From positions 42,211 to 106,210 of the forward strand of contig CAVBCV010000002.1 of NCBI GenBank assembly GCA_963594125.1: 64,000 bases of DNA, written 5' to 3'. Position 1 is the first letter of the stretch, and each line of letters begins with the position of its first letter. The notes beneath the pieces were generated by a model, which saw only the letters and a list, made by a program, of their open reading frames with translations, did no database searches and was not told the origin of the DNA. The stretch is from Lachnospiraceae bacterium. Its GTDB lineage: Bacteria > Pseudomonadota > Alphaproteobacteria > RF32 > CAG-239. Below, piece after piece: positions 18,984 through 27,821 of the stretch. Both the position numbers and the translations under genes were made by a program.

Positions 18984-19532
18984 ATGATTATTATCGGGAT
19001 TGTTGCCGCTTGCGCGCTCTTGAGTATATTTTATTTTAACCGCATTATAAAATCAGATAATATGTCAAAAGAGGCATGGGCTGATGTTAATGTGCAACTG
19101 AAAAGGCGGTATGACTTAATACCTAATTTAGTGACGGTGGTTAAAGGTTATATGGCGCATGAAAAAAGCACCTTAACTGAGTTGGTTACGCTTCGTAATT
19201 CGGCTATTAATAATAAGGCGCCGGAGCTGAAAGAAAACGATGAGAATCATATTACGGATAACTTAAAGCACATTATCGCCATTGCGGAAAAATATCCGGA
19301 ATTAAAAGCCAATGAGCAGTTTTTGGAATTACAGCGCAATTTGGCTGAGATTGAAGATAAATTGCAAATTGCCCGCCGCTATTACAATGCGACCATACGC
19401 GATTATAATATTGCGTTACACTCTTTTCCGAGCAACATAATTGCCGGTATGTTCAATTTTAAGGACAAGGCTTATTTTGAAATAAATGCCGGTGAAAGCA
19501 AAAACACTGAGGTAAAATTTAATGAAAAATAA
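18984..19532 (+). CDS. LemA family protein (tandem paralog)
   Basis: Same architecture and motif (WADVNVQLKRRYDLIPNLVTVVKGY) as the upstream gene. Confidence 0.85.
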   Translation: MIIIGIVAACALLSIFYFNRIIKSDNMSKEAWADVNVQLKRRYDLIPNLVTVVKGYMAHEKSTLTELVTLRNSAINNKAPELKENDENHITDNLKHIIAIAEKYPELKANEQFLELQRNLAEIEDKLQIARRYYNATIRDYNIALHSFPSNIIAGMFNFKDKAYFEINAGESKNTEVKFNEK

Positions 19533-21261
19533 GCTGGCGTATTTTTTAGTTTTCTGCCTTATGCTGATTTCAGGCGCAGTATTTGCAGAAGAAAGAATAA
19601 CCTCATTTGACAGTTTAATTCAGGCGCAATATGACGGCTCGCTGATTGTTACCGAAAAAATTACGGTATATCATGAAGGCAAAGAAATCCGCCGCGGCAT
19701 ATATCGTGATTTACCGACCGGTAAAGGCGAAAAATACAAACTGCTGGAAATTTTAAGAAACGGCAATCCTGAACCAGGGTTTGTTGAAACAGGATATGGT
19801 TACTATCGCATAAATACCGGAAATGATGACTATCTGCCGCAGCCCGCTTTATCAGAATTTACTGTTAAGTATAAAGTATGGAACATTCCGCAGGCTTATG
19901 ACGGATATGATGAAATATATTGGAATGTTACCGGTGACGGTTGGCAGTTTCCGATAGAAAAGGTTTCAGCTAAAGTTGAATTGCCGAAAGAGGCTTCCAT
20001 AATTCAGCAAGCAAGCTACATCGGACGGTACGGGAGCACGGAATCGGCTATTGAGACCGGAGCCGGAAGTTTCAAGGGGAGGCTCTTGCTGCCCAGAGAA
20101 CAGATGACTATTGCCGTGGCGTTTACCCCCGGAGTTATTTCAACAAAAAAGATGGCGGACTATAAAAATATTTTTATGCCGGCGGGTTATATAGTTTATT
20201 TAATCTGTTTATTATGGATATGGTATAAAAAAGGCAGAGACCCGACCCAAAAAGCAATTATGCCACAATACGAGCCGCCCAAAGAGTTAAGCGCGGCGCA
20301 AGCTTATTGTTTATACAACAAAGGCGCGGTAAAAGACATATTCCCGATTTCTGTTATTCAGATGATAATAAACGGATTTTTGAAACTTACCACCAAAGAG
20401 GAAGGCGCTTTTATTTTTAAGAGTACGGTTTATTTGGTGGAAAGAACCGGCAAAGAACCTTCCAATATGGAAGAAAAACTTTATGATGAATCCGGAGTTT
20501 TAAAATTTGACGGAGAATACAACCCCGCAGCCAGAAGCTTATTCATCAAATATCTAAATGCCGTTGAGGCTTCGGTCAGCCATTTGTATGCAAAAAATAC
20601 GATATGGGTATTTATGCCAACGCTGCTGTATATTTTTAGTTTGCTTTTTGCCTATAATAATTTGACAGATTTTTTTAATATTATTGCGCCGATGATTTTT
20701 ACAGCTTTTGTGCTTACTTATGTCAGTTCATTACGGTTTAGCACCTTATTACGGCAAGGAGTATTCGCATCCTTATTTCTTTTAGTCAGTGGTTATCTGA
20801 TGTTTCTGTTTATTATATCGCCAAATTACAGAAATGATATGTTACCGTTTATACTGGTAAGCTTAACATTGGGTACTTCTGCCATTTTTTCATATTTAGT
20901 TTACAAACCGTCAGAAAAAGGGGCGCGGCTGATTGAACATCTGGAAGGGTTAAAAATGTTTTTGAAAGCAACCAAAGACCCGGATCATATCAAAAAAAGT
21001 TTGGACGATAAATGTATGGAAAAATTATTTCCGTACGCAATGGCTATCGGTTTGGAAAAAGAATGGGAAACAAAATTCACCTCATTATTCGGAAAAGAGG
21101 CTTATCAAGAGTTTATGCTATATCACCCGTACACAAGCAACATTTTTGCCCATAGTGTTTTTACTACTGCGCGACCAACACGCAATAGCGGTGGAAGCGG
21201 CTCGTTCGGCGGCGGATTTTCCGGCGGCGGACATGGCGGAGGCGGCGGAGGCGGCCGATAA
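19522..21261 (+). CDS. DUF2207 family membrane protein with Gly-rich C-terminal tail
   Basis: Signal peptide, N-terminal extracytoplasmic domain (ITSFDSLIQAQYDGSLIVTEKITVYHEG), multiple TM helices, C-terminal GGSGSFGGGFSGGGHGGGGGGGR. LemA + DUF2207 is a recurrent gene pair. Confidence 0.8.
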   Translation: MKNKLAYFLVFCLMLISGAVFAEERITSFDSLIQAQYDGSLIVTEKITVYHEGKEIRRGIYRDLPTGKGEKYKLLEILRNGNPEPGFVETGYGYYRINTGNDDYLPQPALSEFTVKYKVWNIPQAYDGYDEIYWNVTGDGWQFPIEKVSAKVELPKEASIIQQASYIGRYGSTESAIETGAGSFKGRLLLPREQMTIAVAFTPGVISTKKMADYKNIFMPAGYIVYLICLLWIWYKKGRDPTQKAIMPQYEPPKELSAAQAYCLYNKGAVKDIFPISVIQMIINGFLKLTTKEEGAFIFKSTVYLVERTGKEPSNMEEKLYDESGVLKFDGEYNPAARSLFIKYLNAVEASVSHLYAKNTIWVFMPTLLYIFSLLFAYNNLTDFFNIIAPMIFTAFVLTYVSSLRFSTLLRQGVFASLFLLVSGYLMFLFIISPNYRNDMLPFILVSLTLGTSAIFSYLVYKPSEKGARLIEHLEGLKMFLKATKDPDHIKKSLDDKCMEKLFPYAMAIGLEKEWETKFTSLFGKEAYQEFMLYHPYTSNIFAHSVFTTARPTRNSGGSGSFGGGFSGGGHGGGGGGGR

Positions 21262-21317
21262 ATATTTTTGCCTATCAGATAGGATATTTACTTTTAAGAT
21301 ATTGTATATATAATATT

Positions 21318-21428
21318 AATATAAGGGCAATGAAGAGTGGAAAGGACAGCCGCCGCCATGTGTGTTTTTTAATTAGAACACCTTGAAGAGATGTATGACA
21401 GAGATGTTCGCCTGTCCATTGCCCTTAT
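21318..21428. repeat. intergenic palindromic element
   Basis: ataagggcaatgaagagtggaaaggacagccg at 21318-21350 is the inverted complement of gcctgtccattgcccttat at 21409-21428. Confidence 0.3.
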
Positions 21429-21434
21429 CTTTTG

Positions 21435-21456
21435 CACAATACAACTTATGCACAGC
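21435..21456 (+). repeat. partial extra copy of the 5' end of the pilin 5' module
   Basis: caatacaacttatgcacagcac is identical to the first 22 nt of the module at 11321. Followed by degenerate similarity (cggattttgcaacaaaaacaaac). Confidence 0.4.
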
Positions 21457-21606
21457 ACTATTAATTCCCATCCCGAGGAGGGGTGGCGGCGATAGCCGAC
21501 GGGGTGGTGAAAATATAAGGATAGAAATTAGACAGGGATGTTGTTTATGTTTCGGATTTTGCAACAAAAACAAACATTTAATTTATTGTTGAATAGTGAT
21601 GTGACC

Positions 21607-21720
21607 ACCCCGCCTTCGGCATCCCTCCATAGAGGGGAATTTTTATAGTACCGCATCCATAGAGGGGAATTTTAAAATGGGTGGCACCCTGACTTGAAAT
21701 GGGAATTTTAAAGTGCGGAT
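21607..21720 (+). repeat. short direct repeats upstream of pilin paralog 2
   Basis: catcc(c)tccatagaggggaatttt occurs twice (21607-21642, 21650-21676). A third partial copy, gggaattttaaag, follows. Located immediately upstream of the conserved module copy 2. Confidence 0.4.
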
Positions 21721-21723
21721 TTA

Positions 21724-21820
21724 AATACAACTTATGCACAGCATGGACTCGTAAATATTGCAAAAAAAAAACGCGAGCTAAAATTCTCTCAAAACTAACT
21801 TTTTGAGAGGATTTTAGCTC
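21724..21820 (+). promoter_or_regulatory. conserved pilin-gene 5' module, copy 2
   Basis: aatacaacttatgcacagcatggactcgtaaatattgc-A10-cgcgagctaaaattctctcaaaactaactttttgagaggattttagctc-ATG. Hairpin arms gagctaaaattctctcaaa and tttgagaggattttagctc. Confidence 0.6.
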
Positions 21821-22588
21821 ATGTATACATATTTTAGCCGCCTTTTACACCGCACGCCGTCACACTCCGACTTGATCGGAGTGTCCAGGTGGGGGAAATT
21901 TGCTAATTTGGTTGACCTGGACCATCGGGTCAAGCCCGATGGTGACAACATTGTGAATGCTGGTAGGTCTATGGTGGAAATGCTTGGCGTGCTCGCGATT
22001 ATCGGAGTGCTGAGTGTTGGTGCAATAAGCGGTTATAGCAAAGCCATGTACAAATATAAACTTAACAAACAAGCTGAACAGCTTAATACTGTAATAAATG
22101 CTGTTGCCCGCAATGCGCACAGCTTTGATAATTTGTTAGCCAATAAAGGCGCCTTTTATATAACTGATACTTTTGTTAAAATGGGTGAAATTCCAACTGA
22201 AATGCAATACAGCGAACATTATATCCGTGATGTGTTTAATCTTTTTTGGACAATAAGTATACTAAACTATGACACCGGCACTTCATTAAATTTATCAGCT
22301 AACGAAGAAGGCACTTTAAAAAATAAATCAGCAAATAATTTGGACATTTGCCGCAATATTATTACTGTTGCTAAGGAAAATTCAGACAGTATCGCTTCAG
22401 TCTCAAACGTGATTTATAATCAAGACAGCGATAACTATACCGCAACCTCTTTATATGGCGATGCGTACTGCCTATCGGGCAGACCTTGTTTAAGAAACTT
22501 GAGCCTTGACGATATTTATAACTTTTGCACAAAATTTACCGGCGGCGACAAGCTGCCTCAGCTTAAAATAACATGGTGGATTAAGTAA
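21821..22588 (+). CDS. type IV pilin-like protein, paralog 2 (long N-terminal extension)
   Basis: The ORF from the conserved ATG reads MYTYF...(about 47 aa)...NAG|RSMVEMLGVLAIIGVLSVGAISGYSKAMYKYKLNKQAEQL. The mature part is homologous to paralog 1. Four Cys in the C-terminal part. An alternative internal GTG/ATG start closer to the G|R site is possible. Confidence 0.65.
   Translation: MYTYFSRLLHRTPSHSDLIGVSRWGKFANLVDLDHRVKPDGDNIVNAGRSMVEMLGVLAIIGVLSVGAISGYSKAMYKYKLNKQAEQLNTVINAVARNAHSFDNLLANKGAFYITDTFVKMGEIPTEMQYSEHYIRDVFNLFWTISILNYDTGTSLNLSANEEGTLKNKSANNLDICRNIITVAKENSDSIASVSNVIYNQDSDNYTATSLYGDAYCLSGRPCLRNLSLDDIYNFCTKFTGGDKLPQLKITWWIK
21831..21961 (+). mobile_element. RPE-like palindromic insertion, in-frame in the pilin 5' region (copy A)
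   Basis: About 130 nt absent from paralog 1. It forms three consecutive hairpins: cactccga-cttga-tcggagtg, ccaggtggggg...ttgacctgg and ccatcggg-tcaagc-ccgatgg. The reading frame is preserved. Confidence 0.45.
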
Positions 22589-23552
22589 TTTCAGTAATCG
22601 CACGCAGGTTGCCATCGCGGTTAATTTGTACCACCCGTAGCTTATGGCGCATTTCTTCAATGGTTTTAACGCGGTCAATAGTCGGATAAGTATGCAAAAT
22701 ACGGTCGGTAAACGCCTGATACGCGGCTTCAGAGCTTTCAGCGTGAATAGTTGCCAAGCAGTTATCGTGACCGGAGCCCATCAGCTCCCACAAAGCGCCG
22801 GCGTTGCTGGTTGAAATTTCACCACCGATAATGGCGTCAGGCGTAAAACGCACTACAAGGTCAATAATTTTGGCATAGTCCATTTGGTTGGTTTGCTCAG
22901 TACGCGATAACACCAAATGCACGCGGTTAGGATGCGGAACCAAAAGCTCGCGCGTATCTTCAATGGTTACAATGCGCTTATGAATATCCAAAATTTTTAA
23001 CAAGTTGTTCAAAAAGGTGGTTTTACCGGTTGAAGTTGCGCCGCTGACTAAAATATGATCACCGCGCTTAATGCTTAACAACAAGCGTTCATACGGGTCT
23101 TCAGGGTCTTTAATCTGCTTTAAAGGGTTGATTTTGTGTAATCCATGTCCTTGCGACAAGCCGTAATCTTCAAGTCCGAAAGCAACCTCATCGCTATGAA
23201 CACGGATAGTTAAGGCCACGCCGCCGGTTAAGTCATCTTGGTCATACATGATGTTACGACCGGCAATGGCTGAAAAACGGTGATCGCCGGGGATTGTGGC
23301 GTACACTACCGGCGAGCCTTGAATCGGGTCAAACGGAAGCTCATAAGTGTTGGCAACAATATAAAGCAAGTCAGTTAAATACTCTTTTGAGAGCTTTTCA
23401 TCTTTGTACATTACCCACGGATAAGCCCTTTTACCGCGCAAGCGCAGCCAAATTTGACCGGAGCGGTTTATCGCCACCTCTTCAATGTTATCTTGATTAT
23501 ACCAATAAGAGAGCGGACGTAACACTGATTCTAAAACCGTAAATGTGCTCAT
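22581..23552 (-). CDS. virB11: type IV secretion ATPase VirB11
   Basis: ILVSGATSTGKTTFLNNLL P-loop (the GGTSTGKTTF-type Walker A typical of VirB11). TIEDTRELLVPHPNRVHLV (HPNRVHL as in VirB11). PDAIIGGEIS and CLATIHAESS His-box. 323 aa. Confidence 0.85.
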   Translation of the reverse strand: MSTFTVLESVLRPLSYWYNQDNIEEVAINRSGQIWLRLRGKRAYPWVMYKDEKLSKEYLTDLLYIVANTYELPFDPIQGSPVVYATIPGDHRFSAIAGRNIMYDQDDLTGGVALTIRVHSDEVAFGLEDYGLSQGHGLHKINPLKQIKDPEDPYERLLLSIKRGDHILVSGATSTGKTTFLNNLLKILDIHKRIVTIEDTRELLVPHPNRVHLVLSRTEQTNQMDYAKIIDLVVRFTPDAIIGGEISTSNAGALWELMGSGHDNCLATIHAESSEAAYQAFTDRILHTYPTIDRVKTIEEMRHKLRVVQINRDGNLRAITEIT

Positions 23553-23563
23553 GGGCTGTTCTC

Positions 23564-26500
23564 CTAGAATAACTGTGCCGAAGTGTTAGTGCTGCCGGCG
23601 GTTGACGACGGCGGAGGAGTTGCCCCCACTGAAGTTACCGGCGGAATTGCCTGTCGCTGCTGCTGTCTGCGCTTTTGCTTATTAGCCTCGGCATTATCAT
23701 CAATCAACGGAGTGGTCGGCTGAACATTATCAGCTTCATTATCCATATAAACAACGCCTTGAGTACCGCCGGAGGTTCCGGTACCGGAGCTGCCGCCACC
23801 GCTGCTCTTGCTTGAAGAACCTTGGTCACGGTCATCAATAAGAACCGTCGGCTTATTCAGAGCGTCAAGAGCTTCTTCATCGCTGCGGGCCGCAGTGCGT
23901 ATCCACAAATCTTCCTTAGGATAAATAATCAAACGAGTGCCGGCCGGAACATAAGTAATCGCCTCAATATTGGTTTTATCCTGCAAAATTTGATTAAACA
24001 TATCGTCCATGTTTTGCAAAAAGTTTTCACGGGCATCTTGCGCAGCCTCAGCGCGAGCATTTGAAGTAGTGCTGCCGTCAGATGAGGTTGAGGTTTCGCC
24101 ACTGGCGGCAATATACGCAACCGCGCTGCTCATCAAGGTGGTTACCATCGGCAAAGTATACTTTTTAAGCAACTGCTCATCAAGATAACCGATAGCTCCG
24201 CCGCGACCTTGAGCATCACCGGTTTGCGCCGATGAAAATTCAAACGCTGAGCCGTCAGGACGAATAAGCCGGTTCCAGGTAATAGAAACACGAACCGCGC
24301 CGCCGCTGTTACCGCCGCTTGAACCGCCGGAAGATGTGCCCATAACACGGCTACCGGCCGGAATAACGATATTGCGCCCTTGCTCGGCGTATACGTTGCG
24401 TTCAACAATCGCCGTTACCGGAGCGCTGTCTGAACCGTTGCTTGACATAATGGTACGAGCCAAAACAGCCGGAATCGGCTTATCAGCCAAAATCATTTCG
24501 CTCATATCAACACGCCAACTTGAAATTTGACGCGGAATACCGTCCCAATACGGCTGCATACCGTCAAAACTCTTGGTATCGGCATTGGTTGAAACTTTGC
24601 CGACCGTGATTTCCTGCCGACGAGCCGCCTGAGCCGCCGCTAACGCCGCCGCCCGAACCGGATCATATCTTTCTCCGGGACCAAAGCCGCCACCCGGACC
24701 TAAATTTGACGGATTGTTTCCGGTGCCGTAAGCGCCGCCCGAACCGAACGTGCCGGCCGGAATAAACATTTGTCCGCCTTTGTTGTCTTTAACTTCTTCA
24801 ATACCGATTAAGCCGCCTTCATTATCCACAATCAAGCCATCCGGCATTTTTTTACCGATTAAATTGCCAAGCTTATCAACAACATCATTGTTGATCAAAA
24901 TATCGCCAAGATAATTGCCGTCAGGCGTTAAGGCAATGCCGATGGTTTTAAGCCCGTATTTGCCGGTATCGTCCGTGGTGGAACCTTGCGGAACATCAAC
25001 AGCGCCGATATTGATTTTGCCGCTATCCGGTTTGCCGGTGCCATCGCGGCGGGGAGTGTTTGCCCAATCCGCCGGTTTAGGCTCGCTCGGTTTTACCACA
25101 TTATAATACTGCAGTTCTTTTGCTAATGCCAAAACTTTGCCGCTATCATCACTGATTTCACCGCTGCCGCTGATTTTACCGATAACTTTACCGTCATGAT
25201 TGATAACTTCGCCGTTTAAGCGCAGTTCGCCGATAACATTATTAGCGTCATCGCGGATAAAGTAATCACGGTTGCCGCGACCGATTAAAGTATAATCTTT
25301 GCTGACTAAAAAGCCTCTGTCGGCTTTGCCGATACGATTACCGGCAAAATTAAGCACTATTCCGTCACGGGTTAAATAACCAAGCGTGTTGCCTTCGTCA
25401 TCATAAACATAAAAATCATACAAGGCATAACCAATGTTTTTATTATCATTAACCACCGTACCGTCAGCCAAAACTTTACCTAAAATGTCGTTTTTATCGC
25501 TGATGACCGTGCCGTCTGAAGTTACACGACCTAAAAAGCTGTTATCATGGTTAAAGGCAACTTTATAGCGGAAAGCCATACCTAAAACCTCACCGCCTGA
25601 TGATAACGCCGTGTCATCAGGCTGCATATAACCGAGCTCTTTGTTAGTAGAGCTGATAATTTTGCCGCTGGTATTACTGCGACCAAGTATATTGTTTTCA
25701 AAGTCAATTACCGGGAATACTTCTGCCACCCGACCGATAAATTTACCGTCATTGTTATAATAGCGCCCATTCCAAGTAACACAGCCTAAATCTTCATGAT
25801 TGTAGTTAAGCAAATGTCCGAGCGGATTAACCGTGCCTAAGCCTTTACCGGCAAAGTCAGCAACCATGCCTGATTTTACGCCGAAGCCTATCATATTGCC
25901 AACCTCAGATACTGCCTGCCCATTGGTTAAAATTTTGCCAAGCACAACGCCGCGGCTGTTGCGGATTTCACCGCGCGGACCGATAACACCCAAAAATGAG
26001 CATTTGTTGTTAACCACGCTGCTCATATTGCTGATTTTACCGATTAATGATTTGTTGGTATCAGCAACAATATCACCACCTAAAACCGAACCGATTTTGT
26101 TACCGGCAAAATCTCGCACAGCGCCGAAAATATCAGCATAGCCAAGCATATCGCCACTGATTGAGGTTGCTAAAAATGATTGTCCGGCGCCGCCGATAAC
26201 CGGCATTTGCTTGTTATCAGGCGTTCCGGTTGCCGAAATGACTTTATAACCGGGGACAATTTTGCCGCTGATATTACCCTTTTCATCAGTGATTAAATTG
26301 GTTTCAGTTAACGAACCCAAACTCTGCCCATCAGCTGAAACGACAAAATACGGATTAAGCGTGCCGACAACAACTTTATTGGCTGCGTCAAGGGCTAAAC
26401 CGGTTGCAGTTAATTTATAATTTCTTTCAGCCGGAATGCCCTGCAATTCGGCATTAACACCGATATATCCGCTAAGCTCGCCCGCCTCAGTATACAAGGC

Positions 26501-27811
26501 TGAGAGCGGAACGGAATTTCCGACCAATAAATTATCGGCAGAATATACATATCCGAACGGCGAAACCTTAAATTTGTTAATGCCGTCTTCAGAAAAATCA
26601 GCTCCGATACCGCTTAAACCCACTAAATTGGAACTATTATCAAAAATCAGCGCTGTTTCAGGAGCGGCGCCGATAATGCGCCCGATATTATCATAAGCAA
26701 TTTTGCCTTTGGCATAACCAAGCGGCGTTCCGGTTACGGAAATAACCGCGCCGCTGCGCAAGATTTGAGCTTGCAGTTCAGCCAAATAATCAAACACCGG
26801 TCCCGATTTAATCACCTGACCGATAATTTTACCGTCAGGGTCTTTTACAAAACCGCGGGCAGTGATAGTACCTACGCTTTGCTGAGCCTTGTAAACGCTT
26901 CCGTCCGGCATAACGCGTCCTAAATATTTGCCTTTTAAATCCGTTGCCGTGGCGGCAATATCAATTTTAAAGCCGATAACCTCATTTTGATTGTTAATAA
27001 TTTTATCATCGGCGCGTAATTTGCCAACAACTTTACCCAAGCTGATAACCTCGCCGTTATAGGCAACCAAGCCAAGATATTTGCCGAAATTATCAAAAGC
27101 ATAACCGTTGGAAACCGCTTTACCGATAACTTTATTATTTTCATCATAAGCAAAACCGTTAGCATGAATTTTGCCGATAACTTTAGCCTCAAAATCCGTT
27201 ACTTTTCCGCCGGGGGCAATACTGCCGATAAAATCGCCGGTTGGCGAAACAACCATTTTGGCGGAAATTAATTTACCGTCTAACACATACCCGTTGCCGC
27301 TGTTACGATAAGCATAACCCATGGCGGAGATAAAACCGATATTTTGTCCTTCCATGCTGATATATTGCCCGTCGCCGGTTAAACGACCAATCGCGTCGCC
27401 TTTATCATTATAAACCAATCCCGGATATAAAACCGCGCCCAAAATATTGTACGAATCGTCAACCACTAAAGCATTCGGCAGCACTTTACCTACAATTTTG
27501 CCGGACGGAAGACGCACTGAGCCGTCATTATTTACTCGTCCTAAAAGTTTATTATCATTGCCGATAGCAATACCCTGAGGAATAATGCCGCCTTTAATCT
27601 CGCCTTTGTTATTTACAATAAAACTATCAGCGGTAATGTTGCCGATAACTTCATTGTCAAAGCTGACCACCGTACCGTCAGGAATAACCTTACCGATTAA
27701 ATCGCCGTTAAAATTAATGGCCGTAATTTCTTGCGCAAAAGCCGAACCGGCCGTCATACAAATGACCGCCGTTAACATGATTTTGCATAATTTCAGTAAT
27801 TTTCCTGCCAT
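23564..27811 (-). CDS. virB10: giant repeat protein with VirB10/TrbI C-terminal domain
   Basis: Start at MAGKLLKLCKIMLTAVICMTAGSAFA (signal or anchor; RBS ggagga upstream). About 1100 aa of about 11-residue tandem repeats (GxxIGxVxxDGxVxx). A Gly/Ser-rich linker follows. The C-terminus contains PAVLARTIMSSNGSDSAPVTAIVERNVYAE...RVSITWNRLIRPDGSAFEF...AITYVPAGTRLIIYPKEDLWI, matching the VirB10 beta-barrel domain. Confidence 0.7.
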   Translation of the reverse strand: MAGKLLKLCKIMLTAVICMTAGSAFAQEITAINFNGDLIGKVIPDGTVVSFDNEVIGNITADSFIVNNKGEIKGGIIPQGIAIGNDNKLLGRVNNDGSVRLPSGKIVGKVLPNALVVDDSYNILGAVLYPGLVYNDKGDAIGRLTGDGQYISMEGQNIGFISAMGYAYRNSGNGYVLDGKLISAKMVVSPTGDFIGSIAPGGKVTDFEAKVIGKIHANGFAYDENNKVIGKAVSNGYAFDNFGKYLGLVAYNGEVISLGKVVGKLRADDKIINNQNEVIGFKIDIAATATDLKGKYLGRVMPDGSVYKAQQSVGTITARGFVKDPDGKIIGQVIKSGPVFDYLAELQAQILRSGAVISVTGTPLGYAKGKIAYDNIGRIIGAAPETALIFDNSSNLVGLSGIGADFSEDGINKFKVSPFGYVYSADNLLVGNSVPLSALYTEAGELSGYIGVNAELQGIPAERNYKLTATGLALDAANKVVVGTLNPYFVVSADGQSLGSLTETNLITDEKGNISGKIVPGYKVISATGTPDNKQMPVIGGAGQSFLATSISGDMLGYADIFGAVRDFAGNKIGSVLGGDIVADTNKSLIGKISNMSSVVNNKCSFLGVIGPRGEIRNSRGVVLGKILTNGQAVSEVGNMIGFGVKSGMVADFAGKGLGTVNPLGHLLNYNHEDLGCVTWNGRYYNNDGKFIGRVAEVFPVIDFENNILGRSNTSGKIISSTNKELGYMQPDDTALSSGGEVLGMAFRYKVAFNHDNSFLGRVTSDGTVISDKNDILGKVLADGTVVNDNKNIGYALYDFYVYDDEGNTLGYLTRDGIVLNFAGNRIGKADRGFLVSKDYTLIGRGNRDYFIRDDANNVIGELRLNGEVINHDGKVIGKISGSGEISDDSGKVLALAKELQYYNVVKPSEPKPADWANTPRRDGTGKPDSGKINIGAVDVPQGSTTDDTGKYGLKTIGIALTPDGNYLGDILINNDVVDKLGNLIGKKMPDGLIVDNEGGLIGIEEVKDNKGGQMFIPAGTFGSGGAYGTGNNPSNLGPGGGFGPGERYDPVRAAALAAAQAARRQEITVGKVSTNADTKSFDGMQPYWDGIPRQISSWRVDMSEMILADKPIPAVLARTIMSSNGSDSAPVTAIVERNVYAEQGRNIVIPAGSRVMGTSSGGSSGGNSGGAVRVSITWNRLIRPDGSAFEFSSAQTGDAQGRGGAIGYLDEQLLKKYTLPMVTTLMSSAVAYIAASGETSTSSDGSTTSNARAEAAQDARENFLQNMDDMFNQILQDKTNIEAITYVPAGTRLIIYPKEDLWIRTAARSDEEALDALNKPTVLIDDRDQGSSSKSSGGGSSGTGTSGGTQGVVYMDNEADNVQPTTPLIDDNAEANKQKRRQQQRQAIPPVTSVGATPPPSSTAGSTNTSAQLF

Positions 27812-27821
27812 AGTTAACACT

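Noticed and set aside
21607-21720. Possible CRISPR array
   Set aside because: Only two to three short, imperfect direct repeats with about 8-nt gaps. There is no regular repeat-spacer architecture and no cas genes.
21373-21763. Small ORFs 21373-21573(-), 21383-21592(+), 21578-21763(-) in the repeat-rich intergenic region
   Set aside because: They overlap palindromic and direct-repeat DNA. They have no RBS and odd composition (Gly/Arg/Cys runs). They are most likely non-coding.
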